From an uncultured delta proteobacterium (lineage in GTDB: Bacteria > Desulfobacterota > Binatia > Binatales > Binataceae), in the NCBI GenBank assembly GCA_963761255.1, contig CAVXGH010000013.1, positions 37,184 through 101,183 of the forward strand: DNA of 64,000 nucleotides, given 5' to 3'. The stretch's first letter is position 1. Each line of letters begins with the position of its first letter. The position numbers and the translations under genes were made by a program. Below, in pieces: positions 1-9,211 of the stretch. The notes below the pieces were generated by a model. The model did no database searches. It had not been told where the DNA came from and saw nothing but the letters and a program-made list of their open reading frames with translations.

Positions 1-888
1 CCACGCGGATTTGAGTTGACGCGCGGGCTTCCCCGTTCGGCCTTTCGAACGGATGGTGTCGCGCGAGCGCGCTTCAATCATCTTCTCGCGGAAAATTTCC
101 GAGGTCTCGGATTCCTGCGTCGCCAACCATACCGAGCCGGTCCACACGCCCGCCGCGCCCATCGCCATGCACGCCGCCATTTGACGCCCAGTCATGATGC
201 CACCGGCAGCGACCACAGGGACGTTACGAATCGGTTTAATCGCGCGCAGCACTTCCGGGATGAGCACGATGGTCGAGACTTCGCCGCAGTGGCCTCCCGC
301 CTCGCCGCCTTGCGCCACGATGATATCGACACCCGCCTTCGCCTGACGAACCGCGTGTTCCGGCGCGCCGACCAATGCGGCAACTGGAACGCCATGCTTG
401 CGGCCCATTTCAATCATGCGTTCCGGCGGTACTCCAAGCGCATTGGCGATCAGCTTGATCGGATGGCGAAACGATACCTCGATGAGCTTTAACGCGTGCT
501 CTTCCTGCATCGAGAAATGCGCGTCGGGCGCGCGCGTGCTTCCTTCCTCCAGCATCTGCGAAGACTCGATGCCGTGTTTGGCGAGCAAGTCGCGCACGAA
601 GTCCTTGTGCTTCTGCGGCAGGCGTTCCGCCAGCTTCCCGCGCGTTACATCCTTCTCGCCTTTGATGGAAAGATTCTCGGGGATGAGCACGTCGATGCCG
701 TAGGGTTTTCCGTCAATATGATCATCGATCCACCGCAGCTCCTCTTCGAGCTGCGAGGGAGAAAATGCGGTGGCGCCAAGCACGCCGAAGCCGCCCGCGC
801 GGCTAACCGCAGCGACGACGTCGCGGCAATGCGTGAACGCGAACAACGGAAAATCGATGCCGAACATTTTGCAGACCGGGGTATTCAT
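1..888 (-). CDS. nitronate monooxygenase / 2-nitropropane dioxygenase family flavoprotein (3' end runs off window)
   Basis: Absent from ORF track because no stop lies in the window. Manual translation from ATG 888 gives MNTPVCKMFGIDFPLFAFTHCRDVVAAVSRAGGFGVLGA...AQGGEAGGH...PVVAAGGIMTGRQMAA, which are typical motifs of this family. Confidence 0.85.
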   Translation of the reverse strand, partial: MNTPVCKMFGIDFPLFAFTHCRDVVAAVSRAGGFGVLGATAFSPSQLEEELRWIDDHIDGKPYGIDVLIPENLSIKGEKDVTRGKLAERLPQKHKDFVRDLLAKHGIESSQMLEEGSTRAPDAHFSMQEEHALKLIEVSFRHPIKLIANALGVPPERMIEMGRKHGVPVAALVGAPEHAVRQAKAGVDIIVAQGGEAGGHCGEVSTIVLIPEVLRAIKPIRNVPVVAAGGIMTGRQMAACMAMGAAGVWTGSVWLATQESETSEIFREKMIEARSRDTIRSKGRTGKPARQLKSAW

Positions 889-895
889 CGTGCAC

Positions 896-2194
896 CTACT
901 TCGCGGCGAAGTTCTCCTTCGCGGCTGCGACAGTCATTCCGTTGCCGGACATTTTCGGCGCGTTCGCGGCGACCAGTCTCTGACTGATCTCCGGCGTCCA
1001 ATGATCCGGTTGATCGGCCCATAGATCGCGCAAGTATGGTGCGACTTCGTGGCCGAACAGGCGCGTGTTCTCGGCCGCGATATCTTCCGAGACGTTGCCC
1101 ATGTGCGGCGTCGCGATGAGCTGGCCGATGCGCAGATCCTTGATCAATTCGCGCAGGCGCTGGCGCACTCGCGCGGGTGTCCCCGCGATGATGTAACCCT
1201 TTTCGTCGTACTCCCAGAAACTCATCTCGCCGCGCGCGGCGCGCAGACGATCCTCGGGCGTCAGCTTGCTATGCGTTCGCTTGGCGAGCTCAGCCATGAA
1301 CCTCGTCGACTTAGGCGTCGCATAGCCTGCGGGATTTGCGAATTCAGCTTTGGGCGCGCTGTTGCGATGAAAGTAGCGAACCGCCTGATAGTAGTTTTTT
1401 TCTGCCTCGGCATCGGTATTTGCTACACAAACGATTTGCGTGAACGCCATCCGATGCGGATTGGTGGTACCGCCTTTCTGATCGACGTACTCCCAGAACG
1501 CATCGACCAGTGGCTTCGAGGAGTACAACCCTGAGAACGACAGATGCCCATAGCAGTAGTCGTGCTTGATAACGAGATCCCAGGTCTCGACGCTGCCGCC
1601 ACCGCCGGGCACCCAGATCGGTAGCTTCTTCTGCACCGGGCGCGGCCACAGGTTCACATAGCGAAGTTGATTGTACTTGCCGTTGAAGGCGAACGGCTCG
1701 GGCTCGCTCCAAGCGCGCAGGATGAGCTGGCGCGCTTCCTCGAAACGCTCGCGCATTTCGGTCGGCGGTTTTCCATAAGCAAAGACCGAATCCATCGGGG
1801 TGCCGAGGACGAAGCCCGCGGTCAGGCGACCGCCCGACAAGCAGTCCAGATATGCATACTCTTCGGCGACCCGGGTCGGCGGGTTGTAGAGCGCCAGCGA
1901 ATTGCCAACGATCACGATGGTCGCGTTCTCGGTGGTCGATGCGAGGCTGGCCGCAAGCAGGTTGGGCGAGGGCGACATCGCCAGCGGAGTCTGATGATGC
2001 TCGTTGACAGTGAGGCCGTCGAAGCCCACTTTGTCGGCGAGCTGCATCAGCCGGATAAACATTTTGTAGGTTTCGCCCGCCTTGATCGGGTCGCATAGAT
2101 GCGCCGGCGGGGTCACCCACGCGGAGTCATAGCGCTCGCGAAAATCAGGCGGAAGATGCGGGTAGGTAACTTCGGCAAACCAGTGAAATCTCAT
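896..2194 (-). CDS. LLM-class flavin-dependent monooxygenase
   Basis: GFDGLTVNEHH, PTRVAEEYAYLDCLSGGRL and GTP motifs of the luciferase-like TIM barrel. Confidence 0.9.
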   Translation of the reverse strand: MRFHWFAEVTYPHLPPDFRERYDSAWVTPPAHLCDPIKAGETYKMFIRLMQLADKVGFDGLTVNEHHQTPLAMSPSPNLLAASLASTTENATIVIVGNSLALYNPPTRVAEEYAYLDCLSGGRLTAGFVLGTPMDSVFAYGKPPTEMRERFEEARQLILRAWSEPEPFAFNGKYNQLRYVNLWPRPVQKKLPIWVPGGGGSVETWDLVIKHDYCYGHLSFSGLYSSKPLVDAFWEYVDQKGGTTNPHRMAFTQIVCVANTDAEAEKNYYQAVRYFHRNSAPKAEFANPAGYATPKSTRFMAELAKRTHSKLTPEDRLRAARGEMSFWEYDEKGYIIAGTPARVRQRLRELIKDLRIGQLIATPHMGNVSEDIAAENTRLFGHEVAPYLRDLWADQPDHWTPEISQRLVAANAPKMSGNGMTVAAAKENFAAK

Positions 2195-2254
2195 CCGTTG
2201 GAGGCCTCCGAGCTAAATCTTAGCGGAAACAATTCCGCTCGAAACAACGTGAAA

Positions 2255-2440
2255 CTAGCTTTTGATCCTGAGCGCTCCCGAGGGACAGGCTTTCACGGCA
2301 GCGAGCACTTTTTCATCCGATGCCGCGGCCGGATCGATGACGAATTTCCCGCCTTCCACCTTAAACACTTGCGGCAGGGTCTTCACGCAATTTCCGGAAT
2401 GGCTGCAAACCTTCGAATCCCATTCGACTTGTACGGCCAT
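2255..2440 (-). CDS. small mono-cluster ferredoxin (probable P450 electron donor)
   Basis: 61 aa, CSHSGNC...CPSGAL motif; RBS GGAGG; directly downstream of the P450. Confidence 0.85.
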   Translation of the reverse strand: MAVQVEWDSKVCSHSGNCVKTLPQVFKVEGGKFVIDPAAASDEKVLAAVKACPSGALRIKS

Positions 2441-2470
2441 GGTCTTTCCTCCGTTCCGTTACAGATAGCG

Positions 2471-3682
2471 TCAATCCCACTCCATCGCGAGCGCGGCGGG
2501 GCCGCGAAATTGAAAGGAATCGATGTAAGAGACTGATTCGGTAACGCGATGCGAACGCGCCAACAGCGGAATCACGCGCTGGAGCGCGGCGGTGGCTTCC
2601 ATCCTCGCCAGCGAAGCGCCGAGGCAGAAGTGCGCGCCGAAGCCGAACGCCAGATGTGGATTCGACATCTTGCGATCGATGCTGAATTCCGCCGCGTCGC
2701 TGCCACATGCAGTCTCATCGCGATTGGCGGAGGCGATCAGCACCGTGACCATCGCATTTTCAGGAATCGTGGTGCCCGCCACCTCGACATCCTGCGTGGC
2801 GCGACGAAAAACATAATGCACCGGCGGATCCCATCGCAGGGTTTCCTCGATGGTGGCCGCGATCAGTTCCGGATTCGCCTGCACCCGCGCGAGCGTCGCC
2901 GGATGCGTAAGGAGCGCGCTAATCCCGTTGCCGATGAGGTTGGTAGTGGTCTCGCTTCCGGCGAAGAGCAGCAGGTTGCCGAAATTGACGGCTTCCTGAG
3001 CAGTCAACACGTCACCCTCTTTGGCGCGCACCAGCACGCTGATCAGATCGTTGCCTGAGTCGGAGGTCTTCCGCGCGATGATTTCCGCAAGGTACTTCGA
3101 CATCTCGGCGCTGGCAGCCGCGGCGCCGCTGCCTGCGAAACCCAAGTGCCGCTTGGAGCCGTTCATGCCCTGCGTGATGGTGGTGGCCCACTTCCTGAAA
3201 TCGGCGTAACGCGAGGGATCGACGCCGAGTACATTGGCGATCACGATCACCGGCATCGGATTGGCGAGATCGGCGACGAGGTCGAAGGCCTTCTTCGCGC
3301 GCATGGTGGCAACGCACTCGTCCACGATCTTCTCGACTGCCGGTTTCCATGCCGAGATCTGGCGCGGGGTGAAACCGCGATTGACGACGTCGCGCAACGC
3401 GGTATGCACCGGAGGATCGCTGGTCACCACGCTGGGGCGCGGCGCCCCGGGCGTGCCGTCATATGATCGACGCGGCGTGGAACCCACCAGCACGGTCGCC
3501 ATCGCATCGGAGGAAAACCGCGTGGTGTCCTTGAGCACGCTCATCACGTCGTCGTAGCGCGAAATGACCCAGGTCTTCGAGCGCTCGGCCCGGTAAGCCG
3601 GCGCGCTGCGGCGCAGCTCTGCATAGGTCGGATACGGATCCTCGTTATGCGCGGAAAAAAATGGATCGTAGTCGATGTTCAT
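2471..3682 (-). CDS. cytochrome P450
   Basis: AGSETT I-helix, EETLR (ExxR) and FGFGAHFCLG heme motif. Start reassigned to ATG 3682 (MNIDYDPF). Confidence 0.95.
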   Translation of the reverse strand: MNIDYDPFFSAHNEDPYPTYAELRRSAPAYRAERSKTWVISRYDDVMSVLKDTTRFSSDAMATVLVGSTPRRSYDGTPGAPRPSVVTSDPPVHTALRDVVNRGFTPRQISAWKPAVEKIVDECVATMRAKKAFDLVADLANPMPVIVIANVLGVDPSRYADFRKWATTITQGMNGSKRHLGFAGSGAAAASAEMSKYLAEIIARKTSDSGNDLISVLVRAKEGDVLTAQEAVNFGNLLLFAGSETTTNLIGNGISALLTHPATLARVQANPELIAATIEETLRWDPPVHYVFRRATQDVEVAGTTIPENAMVTVLIASANRDETACGSDAAEFSIDRKMSNPHLAFGFGAHFCLGASLARMEATAALQRVIPLLARSHRVTESVSYIDSFQFRGPAALAMEWD

Positions 3683-3696
3683 TTGAACGCTACCAC

Positions 3697-4455
3697 TCAC
3701 AGTGGCTGTTGGAGCGCGCCTTTCTTCTCGTTCCACTGCGCGGCGTCGTGGCCGAAGATCAGCCGCGCGCCCGCGCGCTCCATCGCGCGATAACGCATGA
3801 TGACCTCGCGCATCGCATCGTAGCTGTGCGCGAATGGCGGCAGCACCATCCCCTCGAGCGCCTGGCGCATGTAACAGGAGTCCGCAGTCATCACCACTTC
3901 GCCACTGTCGAGGCGCACGCGCAGCGACTGATGCCCGGCGGTGTGGCCGTAGGTCGGGATCAGCGTTACGCTGCCGTCGCCGAAGAGATCGTGCTCCCCG
4001 TCAACGAGTTGGAGCTTGTGGCCGAGATCGAAGTCCTTGCGATTGTAGCCATTCTTGCGGATGAGCTCCGGGTTCGCCGCCGCTTCCCATTCGAGGCGCT
4101 GCACCACCAGCTTCGCGTTTGGCAAATCCTGATTGCCGCCGACGTGATCGAAATGCAGATGCGAATTGATCATGTAGTCGACCCGCGCCGGATCGACGTT
4201 GAGGGCGCGCAACCGAGCGCCGAGATCCTCGCCGGGACGGAAAAAGACCTGGAACATTTTGCCGAGTGGTCCGAGGCGGTCAGAGTTGCCTTGCAGCTCG
4301 CGATGCAGACCGGTATCAAAGACTGCGGTGCCCTTCGGATGCACTATCAGGTAACTGGGAATCGGCAACCGCAATCTGCCGGGCTGCTTCGCCATGATTC
4401 CAGCGGCATCGGTTTCGAGCACGCCGCACAACATCGGATGGATTTTCACCGACAT
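3697..4455 (-). CDS. metallo-beta-lactamase-fold lactonase (AiiA/AttM-like)
   Basis: SHLHFDHVG (HxHxDH), GHTAGH, D-x-x-Y and C-terminal GHD motifs. Confidence 0.88.
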   Translation of the reverse strand: MSVKIHPMLCGVLETDAAGIMAKQPGRLRLPIPSYLIVHPKGTAVFDTGLHRELQGNSDRLGPLGKMFQVFFRPGEDLGARLRALNVDPARVDYMINSHLHFDHVGGNQDLPNAKLVVQRLEWEAAANPELIRKNGYNRKDFDLGHKLQLVDGEHDLFGDGSVTLIPTYGHTAGHQSLRVRLDSGEVVMTADSCYMRQALEGMVLPPFAHSYDAMREVIMRYRAMERAGARLIFGHDAAQWNEKKGALQQPL

Positions 4456-4478
4456 AAGTCTCTCCTTTCGAACACCGC

Positions 4479-5564
4479 TTAAGCTGCCGCGCGCTGGCGG
4501 AACTGCGGCAGCACTTCATTGATGAGCGCCTGTTGCGAGGTCGCCCATGCCTCGTGTTCTTCGGAAAAATCGAAGGTCAAGACCAGCATCGTGCCGAAGC
4601 CGCCCGAGGAGCCGTACATGTCGGCGAGCTTCTGCGTGACGGTGCGTGGCGATCCCACCAGCCAGTTGTGCTCGACGAGGTACTCCGGGGTGACATCGGA
4701 ATCCGCAACGCTGGGGTCATGCTTGAATAGCGATAGCAACCCGAAGTCACCGAACAGCGGCAGCAGATACTCGCGATATGCGCGCGCGAGCATCCCCTTG
4801 AGCGCTAGACGCTTCGCTTCGGCATCGGTCTCTGCAATGTAGACCTCGCGCACCACGCGCCAGTCATCGCGCTTCGGCGTGCGGCCAGTTTTCACGGCGC
4901 CGCGCTCGACCGAGGCCCAATGCTCCTTGAGATACGCGCTCGACAGGTTGAGGCTCATCGGCATGAAGCCGCGCTCGCCCGCGATTTCGAGCGTGTCGGA
5001 TTTTGGCGTGAGACCCGCGATGCCGATCGGCGGATAAGGCTTTTGATATGGCTTGATATGGAACTTCAGCGTCTTGAGCATCGTGTCGATGCGATTGACG
5101 GTCCAGAATTCGCCCTTGTACTCGAACGGCGTCTCGGATTCCCACAGCTTGAGAATGATATCGAGCGCCTCGCGCGTCATCCGGCGATTCTGACCGCCGG
5201 TACCATCGACATTGAACAGACGCCAGTCGCTCGGCAATCCGCTCGCGCCGACGCCGAACATGAAGCGTCCTTTCGCGATGTGATCGAGATACGCGACGCG
5301 GCATGCGAGTTCCGCCGGATGATGATACGGCAGCAGATGCGCGCCCGGCGCGAGCTTCATGCGGGTGGTGCGCAGCAGGCCTTGCGCGATGAGCAGATCG
5401 GGCGCGGGATTCGGTTCCCATGGCGAACAGAAATGCTCGCCGATCCACGCCTCGGAGAAGCCCGCGCGATCGCATAGTTCGAGATGCTTCAGGTCCCATT
5501 CGAAGCCCTCGCGAAACCCGCGTTCCGGCGGATGCGAGGGCATCATGAAGATTCCGATATCCAT
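4479..5564 (-). CDS. LLM-class monooxygenase, diketocamphane-monooxygenase-like (type II Baeyer-Villiger) clade
   Basis: WIGEH..PWE..PAPDLLIA and AHLLPYHHPAELA motifs resemble 2,5/3,6-DKCMO and polyketide-tailoring LLMs. Confidence 0.85.
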   Translation of the reverse strand: MDIGIFMMPSHPPERGFREGFEWDLKHLELCDRAGFSEAWIGEHFCSPWEPNPAPDLLIAQGLLRTTRMKLAPGAHLLPYHHPAELACRVAYLDHIAKGRFMFGVGASGLPSDWRLFNVDGTGGQNRRMTREALDIILKLWESETPFEYKGEFWTVNRIDTMLKTLKFHIKPYQKPYPPIGIAGLTPKSDTLEIAGERGFMPMSLNLSSAYLKEHWASVERGAVKTGRTPKRDDWRVVREVYIAETDAEAKRLALKGMLARAYREYLLPLFGDFGLLSLFKHDPSVADSDVTPEYLVEHNWLVGSPRTVTQKLADMYGSSGGFGTMLVLTFDFSEEHEAWATSQQALINEVLPQFRQRAAA

Positions 5565-5597
5565 AGCGTGTCCTTACCACACTGGCCGCGAAACGCA

Positions 5598-5627
5598 CGA
5601 GGCGGCGCGATCGCTCGCACCGCCTCG
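5598..5627. other. intergenic GC-rich hairpin within the LLM operon
   Basis: CGAGGCGG...CCGCCTCG inverted repeat between two co-oriented LLM genes; no U-tract. Confidence 0.45.
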
Positions 5628-5652
5628 CACTCCAGATCTGGTTCGAAATTTC

Positions 5653-6741
5653 CTAGGCTGCTTCCGCTTGCGCGCCGTTGAGCTTCTTCAGCTCGGGCAT
5701 CACTTCTTTCGCGAACAGCGTCAGGTTCTTCTCCGCGTCTTCCCACGGCATGCCCGCATAGCTGAACACGCCGGTGAAATGGTTAGCATTCACCTTCTTG
5801 CGGATCTCATCGATCTTATCGAGACACATCTCGGGCGTGCCCCAGACTTGCAGATTGAGGAAGTAGTCGATCGAGGCGTCCTTGCTTCCCGTGCCCTGCA
5901 GATTCTTCGCCATCTGCTCGTAGTACTCGTAGCCTTTCGCTTTGCCGAAATGGTCCGCCGCCATCTCGTAGTGGCGCAGCGCAGTCTGCCAGTAGCCGCC
6001 GATGTACTTCACCGCCATCTCATGCGCGCGGTCGACGTTCTTGTCGCAGAAGACCCATCCGGCCGCGATGGTCGGGAGCGGCTCGCCGCCGTTGACCTGC
6101 TTGTAGATCTGGCGATACTCGGCGAGCTCTTGCGCGACCGCTTCCCACGGCTTTTGCGGGATGATCAGGATGCCGATGCCGAGCTTCGCCATGATGCGCG
6201 AGGACTCGGGCGACACCGCCGCGGCATAGGTGCGGCCCTTGAACGATTTGAACGGCTTGGGCCGGATGTCCACGCGCGGCTGCTTCAGAAATTTGCCGTC
6301 GTACTCGCAGTAACCCTGCTCCAGGCCCTTGATGATCATCTCGGCGTATTCGACGAAGCGCTCGCGCGACTCGCCCATGTTCACGCGGAAGCCGTCGTAC
6401 TCGATGCGCGCGAGTCCGCGCCCAAAGCCGAGCAGCATGCGACCGTTGGATTGATGGTCGATCACCGAAACCTGCTCTGCCACCCGAATCGGATCGTGCC
6501 ACGGCAGCACGACCACCATCGAGCCGAGCTCGATGGTTTTGGTCCGTCCTGCGTAATACGACAGGAACTGCAGCACGTCGGGACACATCGTGTAATCGTC
6601 GAAATGATGCTCGACGCTCCAGATCGAATCGAAGCCGAGCGGTTCGTACATGTCGCCGATCTTCAGGTCATGCTGATAGACTTCGCGATCCGATATCTGG
6701 TTGTGAGGGTTCTGGAAAATTACTGCGCCGCCTACTTTCAA
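5653..6741 (-). CDS. LLM-class flavin-dependent monooxygenase
   Basis: GFDSIWSVEHHF, VLPWHDPIRVAE and WGTP motifs; TTG start after AAGGAG. Confidence 0.9.
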   Translation of the reverse strand: MKVGGAVIFQNPHNQISDREVYQHDLKIGDMYEPLGFDSIWSVEHHFDDYTMCPDVLQFLSYYAGRTKTIELGSMVVVLPWHDPIRVAEQVSVIDHQSNGRMLLGFGRGLARIEYDGFRVNMGESRERFVEYAEMIIKGLEQGYCEYDGKFLKQPRVDIRPKPFKSFKGRTYAAAVSPESSRIMAKLGIGILIIPQKPWEAVAQELAEYRQIYKQVNGGEPLPTIAAGWVFCDKNVDRAHEMAVKYIGGYWQTALRHYEMAADHFGKAKGYEYYEQMAKNLQGTGSKDASIDYFLNLQVWGTPEMCLDKIDEIRKKVNANHFTGVFSYAGMPWEDAEKNLTLFAKEVMPELKKLNGAQAEAA

Positions 6742-6771
6742 TGTATCTCTCCTTAGAGTGTGGTTTCGGTG

Positions 6772-7929
6772 TTATCTTGCCGCCGCGCTCGCCTGCTCCT
6801 CAGCAGCGAGTGGCTTTGGATTCAGTTCTTTGAGGGCCGGCATTACTTCCCTGGCAAACAGGCGCATGCTCTTCTCCGCCTTGTCAATCGGCATCGCGCC
6901 ATATTTGAAAATGAACATGATCTCGTCGGTGCCGAAGGCATTGGCCAGCTCGGTCGCGCGCTTGATGGCGCGATCGGGCGTGCCCCACGGATGGGTGTTG
7001 TAAAAGCCCTTGGTGAACAGCGTGGGATCCTTGCGCAGCGCGTCGGACTGCGCGCCGTACTGCTCGTAGCCCTTGATGCTCTTCAAATGAGTCCCGAGCA
7101 GCTCGTAGTGGCGCAGTGCGGAATCGCCATACTCCTGCATGTGGCGCGCGCCCTGCTCCGCCTCGCTCTCGGTCTCGGCAACGTAGGTCCATAGCGCGAG
7201 CCTGGTATGACTCGGTGCAAAGCCCGCATCGCGGCGAATTGCGGCATAGCGGCGCATGCCTGCGAGCGAGATATCGAGACTGGTAGTGGGGATGGTGAGC
7301 GGTTTGACATCGTTCTTCGCGATGATTTCCACCGTCTCCGCGGTGCCGCCCGCGCACCAGAAATTCGCGCTCAGATCCTTTTCCGGCTGAGGCCGCATAT
7401 GCAGTCCGTGAATCTTGTAGAACTCGCCGTCAAAGTCGCACTTCCCGGTGGACAGGAGTTGCTTGAGCACCTTCAACGATTCGTCGAAGCGGCCGCGCGC
7501 TTCGTTCTGATCGATGCCGAGGCCGGCATACTCGCGCCGACCAAGTCCGCGGCCGACGCCCAGAATGACGTTGCGCTTGGGTCCCAGGAACGCATCGAGC
7601 ATGTTGACGTCTTCGGCGACGCGCACTGGATTGTGCCACGGCAACACGACCACCATGGTGCCGAGGTCGACGCGCTTGGTGATGCCCGCGATGTAGGTCA
7701 GGTACTGCAGCGGATTGGTGACCATCGTGTAGGGGGTAAAGTGATGCTCGATGGTCCACACCGCATCGAAGCCGGTTTCATCGGCGATGCGCGCGATGTT
7801 GAGCTCTTCGTTAAAAATTTCGCGGTCCGACTTGGCCGGCCGCTTCGCCACCGATTGGCCTTTCTCTTCCGCCTCGTAACGATCCCAATCGTTATAATTC
7901 TGATTGAAGATGGTTGCCCCGACGCGCAT
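6772..7929 (-). CDS. LLM-class flavin-dependent monooxygenase (paralog of 5653..6741)
   Basis: GFDAVWTIEHHF, VLPWHNPVRVAE, ALRHYE and WGTP motifs shared with the neighbouring LLM. Confidence 0.9.
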   Translation of the reverse strand: MRVGATIFNQNYNDWDRYEAEEKGQSVAKRPAKSDREIFNEELNIARIADETGFDAVWTIEHHFTPYTMVTNPLQYLTYIAGITKRVDLGTMVVVLPWHNPVRVAEDVNMLDAFLGPKRNVILGVGRGLGRREYAGLGIDQNEARGRFDESLKVLKQLLSTGKCDFDGEFYKIHGLHMRPQPEKDLSANFWCAGGTAETVEIIAKNDVKPLTIPTTSLDISLAGMRRYAAIRRDAGFAPSHTRLALWTYVAETESEAEQGARHMQEYGDSALRHYELLGTHLKSIKGYEQYGAQSDALRKDPTLFTKGFYNTHPWGTPDRAIKRATELANAFGTDEIMFIFKYGAMPIDKAEKSMRLFAREVMPALKELNPKPLAAEEQASAAAR

Positions 7930-8003
7930 TGCTTTTCTCCTTCGCGATCCTTGACTGCTAACTCTCAGCCAACTGGCTGATGATTTGATCGATTAAACTT
8001 TAC

Positions 8004-8669
8004 CTATCCCACCGCCACGTTGAATTCGGAGATGTGAGCCTCGTTCCTGGCGCTCGCTTTGACTTCGCCGAGCGTGTCGCGCGCCAGGGTTTGCAGGAAG
8101 CGGTCGATCCGCGAGTCTGGCAGGTTCGCCATTTTCATCTGGACGAGGACGTAGCCGGTCGATGCGATCACGCGCGCGTCGTCCTCGGCGTCAGGGTCGC
8201 GCTGACTTCCGGTTTCCATCCGCCAGCGCCGAATCGTACGCGCGATGATGCGGATGTTTTTCTCATGGAATTGCAGATAGAGCGGCCACACTTCATCGCG
8301 CAGCGCGGTGCTCCATTCGAGCAGCACGCGCGCGTAGTCAGGATGGGTCACCATCGCGTCGGCGAAAACCCGACCGTGCTCGACGACGATGTCCGGCGCG
8401 GGCCGTTTCGCGCCGTGGACGCGTTCCGTCATTTCGAGGAAGAAACGCGCGACCTCTTCGAGGACCTCACGGACGAGTGCCTCGTGGGTAGGAAAATAAA
8501 CGAACACCGTGGGCACCGAGACCTTGGCCTCGCGCGCTACCTGCGAATGGCGGGCGCCACCGAGCCCGCGCTCCGCGAACACGTGGATCGCGGCCTTGAG
8601 GAGCAAGGCTTGACGCTCGGGCCGCTCTAAAGGACGAGCCCTGCGCGGTTTGGCAATCGCATTCGACAT
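8004..8669 (-). CDS. TetR/AcrR family transcriptional regulator
   Basis: N-terminal HTH: AIHVFAERG...VAREAKVSVPTVFVYFPT. Confidence 0.9.
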   Translation of the reverse strand: MSNAIAKPRRARPLERPERQALLLKAAIHVFAERGLGGARHSQVAREAKVSVPTVFVYFPTHEALVREVLEEVARFFLEMTERVHGAKRPAPDIVVEHGRVFADAMVTHPDYARVLLEWSTALRDEVWPLYLQFHEKNIRIIARTIRRWRMETGSQRDPDAEDDARVIASTGYVLVQMKMANLPDSRIDRFLQTLARDTLGEVKASARNEAHISEFNVAVG

Positions 8670-8702
8670 CGAGCCTAACAGCTACTAAATGATTGAACGG
8701 GT

Positions 8703-8780
8703 TGTCAATCACGATTGACAGAATTGTCAATGAACTGGGATACGGCGCTGCCTTGTCTATCGACATCATGTCGATAGACA
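8703..8780. promoter_or_regulatory. palindromic operator cluster upstream of tetR and the LLM operon
   Basis: TGTCAATC-AC-GATTGACA (8703-8720), overlapping ATTGACA-GAAT-TGTCAAT (8714-8731), and a perfect 13-bp IR TGTCTATCGACAT-C-ATGTCGATAGACA (8754-8780). Confidence 0.7.
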
Positions 8781-8787
8781 TTTGAGC

Positions 8788-9098
8788 GGGGTTCGCTTCT
8801 GTCGCAAGAATCCCACCGATCATAAGGACAAAGTGGCTTTGTTTTTGCGCGATTTTGATTCTCGCGAAGCCGAAGTGGCTTTGTTTTTCGCACCGTCTTC
8901 TTCGCCGACGCGATCGCGCCGAGCGAACTTCGCGACGGTGATCACGGATTACCTAAAACCATAAAGTGCAGCGATTCCGCGGATAAAGTGGGTTTGTTTT
9001 TGCGTTTTTGACCCTTGACATCGTACCGTTTACTGAGGTCCTTCGCGGACTCACGACCATTACTCGGCGTTACAGAGTAATGGGTTTGTTTCCGCGTA
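8788..9098 (+). repeat. array 1 of TGG(C/G)TT(T/C)GTTT direct repeats
   Basis: AAGTGGCTTTGTTTTTGCGC 8831, AAGTGGCTTTGTTTTTCGCA 8873, AAGTGGGTTTGTTTTTGCGT 8986, AATGGGTTTGTTTCCGCGTA 9079, plus a degenerate GGGGTTCGCTT at 8788. Confidence 0.75.
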
Positions 9099-9211
9099 TT
9101 GGCATTGGTTGAAATGCACCTTCCGAAAGACCAATGGCGCCCTCTCGGAGGAGCGCCATTGACGCGATGATAGCACATCTTGTCTGGACGTGGACGATCG
9201 TTACAAATACC

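Noticed and set aside
3697-4455. Quorum-sensing system
   Set aside because: No luxI/luxR genes; the catabolic operon context explains the lactonase better.
5359-6756. Long antisense ORFs (465 aa here; also 13396-14361, 38901-39911, 47270-48457, 62681-63829)
   Set aside because: They are shadows of well-supported genes on the opposite strand in GC-rich DNA and have no motifs.
8788-9098. CRISPR array (also considered for 46057-46260)
   Set aside because: Repeats are 20 nt or shorter and degenerate, spacers vary from about 22 to 93 nt, and there are no cas genes.
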